The notes beneath the pieces are model-generated. The model did no database searches, was not told the origin of the DNA, and was given only the letters and a program-made list of their open reading frames with translations. 64,000 nucleotides of DNA, from contig JAUIEF010000004.1 in the NCBI GenBank assembly GCA_030428785.1, positions 6,074 to 70,073 of the forward strand. The letters run 5' to 3'. This stretch comes from a bacterium. GTDB lineage: Bacteria > Planctomycetota > B15-G4. Each line of letters opens with the position of its first letter. Within the stretch, counting starts at the first letter, position 1. Made by a program: the position numbers and the translations under genes. This document shows positions 49,877 to 57,558 of this stretch, in pieces.

Positions 49877-52609
49877 ATGAACGAACCCGTCCGCTTCGCC
49901 CCGAAGGACCGCCCGCTGCGCCGCGACGTCGGGCGGCTGGGCGCCCGGCTCGGCCGGCTTCTCCGCGAGCTCGCGCCCCCCGGCGTCTACGGTCGCGTCG
50001 AGGAGGCGCGGCTCACCGCGCGGCGTCGGCGGCGGGGCGACGCGTCCGCGGCCGGACGCCTCGACGCGCTGCTCGCGGACCTCGACCCGGCCACGGCCTT
50101 CGAGGTCGCGCGCGCGTTCAGCGCGTACTTCGGCGCGGTGAACACGGCCGAGCAGGTGCACCGCATGCGGCGACGCAGCGACTCCCTGCGCGAGGGCCGG
50201 GACCAGGTCGGCAGCCTGCGCGCCGCGGCGCGCGCGCTCGCGGAGCGCGGCACGAGCGCGGAGGACGCGGCGCGCGCGCTCGAGACGCTGCTCGTCGAGC
50301 CCGTCTTCACCGCGCACCCCACCGAGGCCGTGCGCCGCACGCTGCTCAAGAAGGACCAGCGGCTCGCGCAGGCGCTCGTCGACGCCTTCCACGAGGAGTC
50401 GATGGACCCGCTCGCGCGCGAGACGCTCGACGAACGCATCACGCTCGAGCTCGCGTCGGCCTGGCAGACGGACGAGCAGCTCCCCGACCGGCCGACCGTC
50501 GCCGACGAGGTCGAGCACGTGCTCTTCTTCCTCTCCGACGTGCTCTACCGCGTCGTGCCGGCGGTGCACGACGAGCTCGAACGCGCGCTCGAGCTCGCGT
50601 ACGGGCGGCCCGTGCCGGTGACGCGCCCGCTGCTGCGCTTCGGCTCCTGGGTGGGCGGCGACATGGACGGCCACCCGGGCGTGGGCGCCGACACGATCCG
50701 CTCGACGCTCGCGCGGCACGTCGAGCTCGCGCTGCGCCGCTACCGCGAGGAGCTGCGCGGGCTGCACGAGCACCTGTCGCAGTCGACGACGCGGGTCGCG
50801 GTGGACGAGGCCGTCGTCGAGCGGGCGGCGGACTACGCGGCGCGCTTCCCCGAGGCGGCGGCCGCGGTGCCGGTGCAGAACACGGACATGCCCTACCGCC
50901 GCCTCCTGTGGCTCATGGAGGAGCGCCTCGCGCGGATGGCGCGCGGCGAGGCCGGCGGCTACGGCGCGCCCGAGGAGTTCCGCGCGGACCTCGAGCTGCT
51001 CGCGGCGAGCCTCGAGCGCCACGGCGGCGCGCGCGCGGGCCTCGCGCTCGTGCGGCGCGCGCTGCGTCGCGTCGACGTGTTCGGCTTCCACCTCGCGACG
51101 CTCGACGTGCGTCAGGACGCCGCCGTGCACCGGCGCGTCGTCGGCGCGCTGCTCGGCGACCCGGGCTTCGCGGAGCGGCCCGCCGCCGAGCGCGCGGCGC
51201 GGCTGTCGGCGGCGCTCGCGCCCGGCGCCGCCGCGCCCGCCACGGACACGGGCGACGCCATCGAGGGCGGCGACGACGAGGTGCGCCGCACGCTCGACGT
51301 CTTCCGCGCGATCGCCGACGTCCGCGCGCGCTACGGGTCGCGGGCGGTCGGCCCGTACATCATCTCCATGGCGCAGGGTCCCGACGACGCGCTCGCGGTG
51401 CTCTGGCTCGCGCGCGTCGCCGGCTGCACGGACGCCGACGGGCACGTCCCGCTCGACGTCGCGCCGCTCTTCGAGACCGTCGACGACCTCGAGGCGGGGC
51501 CCGGCACGCTCCGCGCGCTCGTCGACGACGCGACCTACGCCGCGCACCTCGACGCGCGCGGCCGCCGGCAGACCGTCATGCTCGGCTACTCGGACAGCAG
51601 CAAGGACGGCGGCATCGCCGCGTCGCGCGTCGCGCTGCAGCGCGCGCAGGAGCGGCTGCTCGGGGTCGGGTCGGGCGCGGGGCTCGCGCTCACGTTCTTC
51701 CACGGGCGCGGCGGCTCGGTGGGCCGCGGCGGCTCGAAGCCGCGCGACGCCGTGCTCGCGCTGCCGCCGGGCGCGCTCGGCGGCCACGCGCGCGCGACGG
51801 AGCAGGGCGAGGTCATCGGCAGCAAGTTCGGCCTGCGCGGCATCGCCGCCCGCACGCTCGAGGTCATGCTCGGCGCGGTCCTCGAGCGCACGGCCGGCGG
51901 CGACCCGGCGCGCGCCCCCACCGACGAGCAGCGCGCCGTCGCGGACACGCTCGCGTCGGCCGGCCGCGCCGCCTACCGCGCGCTCGTGCACGACGACGCG
52001 GACTTCCCCGCCTTCTTCCAGGGCATGACGCCCATCGACGTCGTCGAGCGCCTGGACATCGGCTCCCGCCCGTCACGGCGTCGCGCGATGCGCGGCGTCG
52101 GCGACCTGCGCGCGATCCCGTGGGTCTTCGCGTGGACGCAGTGCCGCGCCGCGGTGCCCGGCTGGTTCGGCGTGGGCGCGGGGCTCGAGGCCGCCGTCGC
52201 CGAGCACGGCCTCGAGGTCGTGCGGCGCGCGGTGCGCGGGTGGCCGTTCCTCGGCGTGCTCGTCGCGGACGTCGAGATGGCGCTCGCGAAGAGCGACCTC
52301 GGGATCGCCGCGCGCTACGCCGAGCTGGCCGGCGACGTCGGCGCGCGCCTCTTCCCCGTCGTGCGCGACGAGCACGAGCGCGCCGCAGCCCGCGTGCTCG
52401 AGCTGCGCGAGGCGGACGAGCTCCTCGCGGGCGACCCCGTGCTCCAGCGCTCCATCCGCCTGCGCAACCCGTACGTCGACCCGATGAGCGTGCTCCAGGT
52501 GGACCTGCTCCGCCGCTGGCGCGCGGGCGGCCGCGAGGACCGCGAGCTGGAGCGCTGCCTCGTGCAGACCGTGCGCGGCATCGCGCGCGGCCTGCGCAAC
52601 ACGGGCTGA
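49877..52609 (+). CDS. ppc: Phosphoenolpyruvate carboxylase
   Basis: Motifs VFTAHPTEAVRRT, GYSDSSKDGG and FHGRGGSVGRGG, with the family-typical C-terminus LRNTG. 910 aa. Confidence 0.95.
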   Translation: MNEPVRFAPKDRPLRRDVGRLGARLGRLLRELAPPGVYGRVEEARLTARRRRRGDASAAGRLDALLADLDPATAFEVARAFSAYFGAVNTAEQVHRMRRRSDSLREGRDQVGSLRAAARALAERGTSAEDAARALETLLVEPVFTAHPTEAVRRTLLKKDQRLAQALVDAFHEESMDPLARETLDERITLELASAWQTDEQLPDRPTVADEVEHVLFFLSDVLYRVVPAVHDELERALELAYGRPVPVTRPLLRFGSWVGGDMDGHPGVGADTIRSTLARHVELALRRYREELRGLHEHLSQSTTRVAVDEAVVERAADYAARFPEAAAAVPVQNTDMPYRRLLWLMEERLARMARGEAGGYGAPEEFRADLELLAASLERHGGARAGLALVRRALRRVDVFGFHLATLDVRQDAAVHRRVVGALLGDPGFAERPAAERAARLSAALAPGAAAPATDTGDAIEGGDDEVRRTLDVFRAIADVRARYGSRAVGPYIISMAQGPDDALAVLWLARVAGCTDADGHVPLDVAPLFETVDDLEAGPGTLRALVDDATYAAHLDARGRRQTVMLGYSDSSKDGGIAASRVALQRAQERLLGVGSGAGLALTFFHGRGGSVGRGGSKPRDAVLALPPGALGGHARATEQGEVIGSKFGLRGIAARTLEVMLGAVLERTAGGDPARAPTDEQRAVADTLASAGRAAYRALVHDDADFPAFFQGMTPIDVVERLDIGSRPSRRRAMRGVGDLRAIPWVFAWTQCRAAVPGWFGVGAGLEAAVAEHGLEVVRRAVRGWPFLGVLVADVEMALAKSDLGIAARYAELAGDVGARLFPVVRDEHERAAARVLELREADELLAGDPVLQRSIRLRNPYVDPMSVLQVDLLRRWRAGGREDRELERCLVQTVRGIARGLRNTG

Positions 52610-52622
52610 GGGACCGCGCCGG

Positions 52623-53489
52623 TCAGGTCTCCGCCGCGACGGCGGACGCGGGTGCTCCCCGCGCGGCGCGCCCGACGACGCCGGCGCGCCCTCGACGGCC
52701 GCGACCCGACACGCACAGCAGCGCGAGGTCGCCGGCGAGCTGCTCCAGCCGCACGCGCGTCCGGTGGTCCGGCGTGTCGCGCGCGAGCTCGGTGACGCCG
52801 TTGATCAACCCCCACAGCGACGGGTCGCGCTCGCGGGCGAACCGCCGGTCGATCTCCTCCCGCGCGGCGCGGTGCTCCGCGTCGCCGCGCATCACCGCGC
52901 GCAGCCGCGCATCGAGCGTCTCGAGGAACGGCGTCGCGCTCTCCCGGGCGGTCGCCCGGAACACGGCCTCCGCCTCGTCGCACGCGCGCGCCGACAGGCA
53001 GCGGACGACGGCGTCGCCCGCGGACTCGTGCGCCTCGTCGACACGGCGCATCCCGGGCAGGCGCATCGCGGCGCCGTTGTGGCAGACGACGCGGTAGCTC
53101 CGCGCGAGCACCTGGACGGGACCGTCCCCGTCCCGCGTGAGCGTGAACCCGGCCTGGACGACGTCGCCGACCCGGACGCTCCCGTTCCTGCGCTGCGAGT
53201 GCGCCTCGAGCGCGAGGAAGCCGTCGGGGCCGGGCTCCCAGACGCCGGCGTCCAGGACGAGGTCGCTCGTCCCGCGCCGTCGGAGCGCCTCCGCGACCGA
53301 GTCGAGGTGCTCCGCCGCCGGGTCGGCGTCGGGCACTTCCTCGCGCAGGTCGCGGAACTCGTCGCGGAGGAGGCCGCGGAGACCGCCTCGAACGAGCGCG
53401 CGCAGGACGTGGGTGGCACGGCCGTGCCGACGCATGAGCGGCGCGAGGAAGCCGTGGCCGGGGCGGATGTCGAGGAAGGTGCAGAGCAT
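52623..53489 (-). CDS. Hypothetical protein, DUF932-like (phage/plasmid-associated family) by eye
   Basis: In-frame ATG at 53489 with AGGAG 6 nt upstream. Motifs YRVVCHNGAAM and SLWGLINGVTELARD resemble DUF932. The assignment is tentative. Confidence 0.55.
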   Translation of the reverse strand: MLCTFLDIRPGHGFLAPLMRRHGRATHVLRALVRGGLRGLLRDEFRDLREEVPDADPAAEHLDSVAEALRRRGTSDLVLDAGVWEPGPDGFLALEAHSQRRNGSVRVGDVVQAGFTLTRDGDGPVQVLARSYRVVCHNGAAMRLPGMRRVDEAHESAGDAVVRCLSARACDEAEAVFRATARESATPFLETLDARLRAVMRGDAEHRAAREEIDRRFARERDPSLWGLINGVTELARDTPDHRTRVRLEQLAGDLALLCVSGRGRRGRAGVVGRAARGAPASAVAAET

Positions 53490-53635
53490 GGTGCGCTCCT
53501 GGGCGGGGGCGGCGGTCGTGGACGCCCTCCAGCCTAGTGCCGTTCCCGGATCCGTGGGGTGACGCGCGTCGCACCGGACTCCGCGGTCGTCAGGCGTCGC
53601 GTCACGAAGCGTCAAGCCGCCCGGCCTCCCGCCCG

Positions 53636-54652
53636 ATGGAGAGGGACCCCTCCCTCCGGGCCTCCCCCATGCTCCTCCGCCCTGCTCCCGCAGGCGGTCG
53701 GCCGTCCGCGACCGTCCTCGCCCTGCTGCTCCTGCTGGTCGGCGCGGCTCCGTCCGCGGCCGCGCCCCACCCCGCGCCCGCGCCGTCCCCCGTGCACGGC
53801 GACGACGGCGGCCTCGACGACCTCAACGCGAAGAAGGTCGCGAGCACGCAGAAGTCGCTCGCCAAGAAGCAGGCCAAGGAAGCCAAGCTCCAGGCGAAGC
53901 TCGCCGCGCGCCAGGCGGTGCTCGACGCGCGCGAGGACGACCTGACGGACGCGCTCGACGCGCAGCCCGTGCTCGCGCAGACGCTCGCCGACGCGCAGGA
54001 CGACCTCGCCGCGGCGCTCGCGCTCCCGAAGGACACGCCCGAGGAGAAGGCCGCCGCGAAGGCGGCGATCAAGTCCGCGAAGAAGGCCGTCGGCGCGGCC
54101 ACCAAGGCGGTCAAGAAGAACACGAAGTCCGTGAACCGCCTGCAGAAGAAGGTGGGCAAGCTCCAGGGCAAGGTCGACGGGCTCGAGCAGAAGCTCGTCG
54201 TGCTCGGTGCGGAGATCGCCACGCTCCAGGGCGCGCTCGACAAGCTCGAGGGCGCGTTCACCTTCCAGACGCTCGACCCGCTCGTCGCGGCGATCACGGT
54301 GACGGACGACGTCGGCGACCCGGTGCCCTTCGTCCGCGTGTCGGTCACCGACGCCCTCCGGCTGCCGCGCACCAAGAAGGGCGCGCTCAAGCCGTACGTG
54401 CTCGAGGACCTCACGTCGCCCGCCGTCTACGGCCAGGGCTTCACCGACGCGCAGGGCGTGTTCACCTTCGACATGCGGCTGCCCGCGCACCTCGTCGAGT
54501 TCGACGTGGTCGTCCACAAGGCCGGGTACACCGGCGACTACACCGAGGAGCCGCTCCGCGACGAGTGGGGCGTCTTCGCGCCGTCCGCGCGCGTCACCGT
54601 GCCCACCGCGCAGCTCTCCTCGCTCGCCGTCACCCTGCAGTCGGACGTCTGA
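53636..54652 (+). CDS. Secreted coiled-coil protein with C-terminal beta-sandwich-like domain
   Basis: The signal peptide is ...SATVLALLLLLVGAAPSAAAP. The start is the ATG at 53636 or at 53669. About 150 aa of Lys/Ala/Gln heptad-like sequence (KKQAKEAKLQAKLAARQAVLDARED...) are followed by a CarboxypepD_reg-like C-terminus. Confidence 0.75.
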   Translation: MERDPSLRASPMLLRPAPAGGRPSATVLALLLLLVGAAPSAAAPHPAPAPSPVHGDDGGLDDLNAKKVASTQKSLAKKQAKEAKLQAKLAARQAVLDAREDDLTDALDAQPVLAQTLADAQDDLAAALALPKDTPEEKAAAKAAIKSAKKAVGAATKAVKKNTKSVNRLQKKVGKLQGKVDGLEQKLVVLGAEIATLQGALDKLEGAFTFQTLDPLVAAITVTDDVGDPVPFVRVSVTDALRLPRTKKGALKPYVLEDLTSPAVYGQGFTDAQGVFTFDMRLPAHLVEFDVVVHKAGYTGDYTEEPLRDEWGVFAPSARVTVPTAQLSSLAVTLQSDV

Positions 54653-54655
54653 TCC

Positions 54656-56377
54656 ATGCGCACCGCACGCACGCTCCCCGCCGTCGCCCTGCTCACCGCG
54701 CTCGTCGCGTCGCCGGCCGGCGCCCAGATCGGCGAGACGGAGTTCGTCGACGGCAACACGACCATCCCGACCGACGTCATGGACACGGTCGGCCAGCTGC
54801 TCCCCGAGCGCTCGAACTCGGGCGCCGCGTACATCTCGCAGGTGTACACGCCCAACCTGCTCGTGACCGAGACGTGCACGGTCTCCGTGCACTTCGTCTG
54901 GGAGGGCGCCGGGTACAAGAACTCGATCGGGTACTTCACGTACACGCAGGACCCGTTCGCGATCGTCGACCGCCAGCTCGTGTTCCCCAACCTGTCGATG
55001 AGCGGCAGCGGCGGGTTCCTCCAGGTGGGCGACAACTCGGTGCTGCGCGACGCCGGCGGCACGCCGCGCGTGTTCACAGCGGGCGAGCGCATCGGCTTCT
55101 TCCTGGTCGCCAACGGCTTCAGCGACGAGCCGCAGGTCGTGAACTGGGACGCGCTCACGGCGAGCCTGCCGTCGACCGACCCGGCCGTGAACGGCGCGAG
55201 CTCCGCGACGCGCGGCACGTTCACGACGATCGACGCCTTCAACCCGGAGAACGCCGTCGGGCAGCCCGAGATCGCGCGCCACGTGGCCATGATCCGGCAG
55301 GACCCGGTCCCCGGCTTCCTCGGCGGCGACCCCTTCGTGCTCGTCGGCCTCGAGGACCTCGACCGGCAGCGCGCGGACGACGACTTCAACGACGCCGTGT
55401 TCATCGTGAACGCGACGCCGGCGGACGCGCTCGACACGGGCGACCTGCCGAACGTCGACCCGGGCGACCCGGACGGCGACGGCGTGTCGGGCGTCGAGGA
55501 CCACTACCCGACGGACGCCGAGCGCGCCATCGTGAACACCTACCCGGCGTACGGCTGGAACGCGCTGGGCCTCGAGGACCTCTACCCGAACCTCGGCGAC
55601 GGCGACTACAACGACACGGTGCTCGCGTACCGCTTCACGACCGTGTCGGACTCCGCCGGCAACGTGAAGGACGTGCGCGGCACGTTCCACCTCCTCGCGC
55701 GCGGCGCGAGCCTCGACCACCGCCTGGGCATCCACTTCCCCGGCATCCCGGGCGACGCCACGGGCACGATCGAGGTCGAGCGCTGGCTCAGCGACGACGG
55801 CGACAGCCACATCGTCGAGGCCATGACGTCCGTCGAGGACCTCGTGGCGGCCGAGGGGCGGCGCCTCGAGTCGATCCTCCCGCACAGCAGCCTCGCCATG
55901 CCGAACGTGCCCGGCAAGTTCGTCGTGAACACGCAGGACGGCACGGTCATCGACCGCCTCGGCGCGTCGAGCCGCTTCGTCATGACCTTCGACACGGCCG
56001 TCGACCCCGCGGTGCTCGGCGCGCCGCCCTATGACATCTACTGGCTCGTGAACGACGGCTCGAACTGGGTCGACATCCACATGGCGGGCTTCGACTCCTT
56101 CCCCGACCACCCGCCGGGCTACCCCGTCGAGCAGGGCGAGACCGCGTACATCGACGAGGCCGGCTACCCGTGGCTCATCGACGTGCCCTTCGGCTGGCGC
56201 TTCCCGCTCGAGTCGACGTCCATCGCGGAGGCGTTCCCCGGCTTCCTCGACTGGGCCGCGTCGCCCGGCACGACCGACGGCGACTGGTACGACACGCCGA
56301 CCGAGGTCAAGACGGGCCGCCCGGCGTCGGACTACTTCAACGGTCGCGACTGGACGGTCGACCTGCCGGATCCGTAG
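54656..56377 (+). CDS. Secreted DUF4114 + LruC-domain protein
   Basis: Signal MRTARTLPAVALLTALVASPAGAQ. The DUF4114-like motifs are AGYKNSIGYF...GLEDL...DDDFNDAVFIV. The LruC-like motifs are LGLEDLYPNLGDGDYNDTVLAYRF...PYDIYW...GYPWLIDVP. It starts 4 nt after the upstream stop. Confidence 0.85.
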   Translation: MRTARTLPAVALLTALVASPAGAQIGETEFVDGNTTIPTDVMDTVGQLLPERSNSGAAYISQVYTPNLLVTETCTVSVHFVWEGAGYKNSIGYFTYTQDPFAIVDRQLVFPNLSMSGSGGFLQVGDNSVLRDAGGTPRVFTAGERIGFFLVANGFSDEPQVVNWDALTASLPSTDPAVNGASSATRGTFTTIDAFNPENAVGQPEIARHVAMIRQDPVPGFLGGDPFVLVGLEDLDRQRADDDFNDAVFIVNATPADALDTGDLPNVDPGDPDGDGVSGVEDHYPTDAERAIVNTYPAYGWNALGLEDLYPNLGDGDYNDTVLAYRFTTVSDSAGNVKDVRGTFHLLARGASLDHRLGIHFPGIPGDATGTIEVERWLSDDGDSHIVEAMTSVEDLVAAEGRRLESILPHSSLAMPNVPGKFVVNTQDGTVIDRLGASSRFVMTFDTAVDPAVLGAPPYDIYWLVNDGSNWVDIHMAGFDSFPDHPPGYPVEQGETAYIDEAGYPWLIDVPFGWRFPLESTSIAEAFPGFLDWAASPGTTDGDWYDTPTEVKTGRPASDYFNGRDWTVDLPDP

Positions 56378-56427
56378 GCCGGGCGCCGCGCGGTGGGACG
56401 CGGGTCGCCGCGGTGTATCCTGCCGCG

Positions 56428-56700
56428 ATGCTCCGCGAAGCCCCGTTCCAGTGCCCGTGCTGCGACTACTACACGCTCGCCGCGCGCGGGCGGCACGCCG
56501 TCTGTCCCGTCTGCTTCTGGGAGGACGACGGCATCGACCTCGACGACCTCGACGGGATCTCGTCGGCCAACCACATCCCGCTGCGGAAGGCGCGCGCCAA
56601 CTTCGCGCGCATGGGCGCCGCGGACGAGGCGGCGCGCTCGCTCGTCGCGCCGCGTGAGCAGCTGAGGGGCCTGCGCCGCGAGACGCGCGCGCCGGGGTAG
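56428..56700 (+). CDS. Cysteine-rich CPCC-domain small protein
   Basis: ATG at 56428. The sequence FQCPCCDYYTLAARGRHAVCPVCFWEDDG matches the CPCC family pattern. Confidence 0.75.
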   Translation: MLREAPFQCPCCDYYTLAARGRHAVCPVCFWEDDGIDLDDLDGISSANHIPLRKARANFARMGAADEAARSLVAPREQLRGLRRETRAPG

Positions 56701-56756
56701 GCGCGGGGCGGAGCCGGTCGCTTGCCTCGCGCGGCCCGCGCGGGCACCCTCGCGGC

Positions 56757-57551
56757 ATGGCCCTCCCCGAGCTCCGACGCGCGCGCCCGTCTCCCGCCCT
56801 CCTGCTCGCCCTCGCCGCGCTCGCGCTCGCGCCGCTCGCGTGCCGGACGCCGCGCCGCGTCGCGGCGCCGTGCGCGCACGCCCCCATCCCCGTGCTCGTC
56901 CCGGACGAGGCGCCCGCCCCGGCGACGCGCCCGCTCACCGTCGGCTTCGTCGTCGTCGACGGCGTCTACGACACCGAGCTCACCGCGCCCTGGGACATCT
57001 TCCACCACACGGTGTTCCACGCGGAGCCGGCGATGCGCGTGCTCACCGTGGCCCCGACGCGCGGGGCCGTGACGACCTTCGAGGGGCTGCGTCTGCTCCC
57101 CGACCACGGCTTCGACGACGCGCCCCCCATCGACGTGCTCGTGGTACCCAGCGCCGAGCACAGCATGGACACCGACCTCGAGGACGAGCGGCTCATGGCG
57201 TTCGTGCGCGAGCGCGGCGAGGCGGCGACCGTCGTGCTCTCGCTCTGCGACGGCGCGTTCGTGCTCGCCGCCGCGGGCCTCCTCGACGGGCTGCGCTGCA
57301 CGACCTTCCCGGGCGACGTCGACCGCTTCCGCGAGATGTTCCCGGCGCTGGACGTCGCCGAGGGGGTGAGCTTCGTCCACGACGGCAAGGCGATCACCTC
57401 GGCGGGCGGCGCGCGCTCCTTCGACGCCGCGCTCTACCTCGCCGAGCGCCTCTACGGCGAGACGGCCGCGCAGGGCCTCGCGCGGGGCATGGTCATCGAC
57501 TGGGACCTCGACGCGATCGACCACGTGCGCACGGCGGGCGCGCGGCCGTAG
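56757..57551 (+). CDS. DJ-1/PfpI (ThiJ) family protein, lipoprotein signal
   Basis: Lipobox LAPLAC. Motifs are VGFVVVDGVYDTELTAPWDIF and the nucleophile elbow LSLCDGAFVLAAAGLLDG. Confidence 0.85.
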   Translation: MALPELRRARPSPALLLALAALALAPLACRTPRRVAAPCAHAPIPVLVPDEAPAPATRPLTVGFVVVDGVYDTELTAPWDIFHHTVFHAEPAMRVLTVAPTRGAVTTFEGLRLLPDHGFDDAPPIDVLVVPSAEHSMDTDLEDERLMAFVRERGEAATVVLSLCDGAFVLAAAGLLDGLRCTTFPGDVDRFREMFPALDVAEGVSFVHDGKAITSAGGARSFDAALYLAERLYGETAAQGLARGMVIDWDLDAIDHVRTAGARP

Positions 57552-57558
57552 AGGCCGA

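Noticed and set aside
54538-55437. A Ser/Thr-rich 299-aa minus-strand ORF, and the similar ORFs 713..1414 and 13846..15057.
   Set aside because: They are antisense to strongly supported repeat-domain genes. Ser/Thr/Val-rich antisense frames are expected opposite Asp/Gly/Thr-rich coding sequence.
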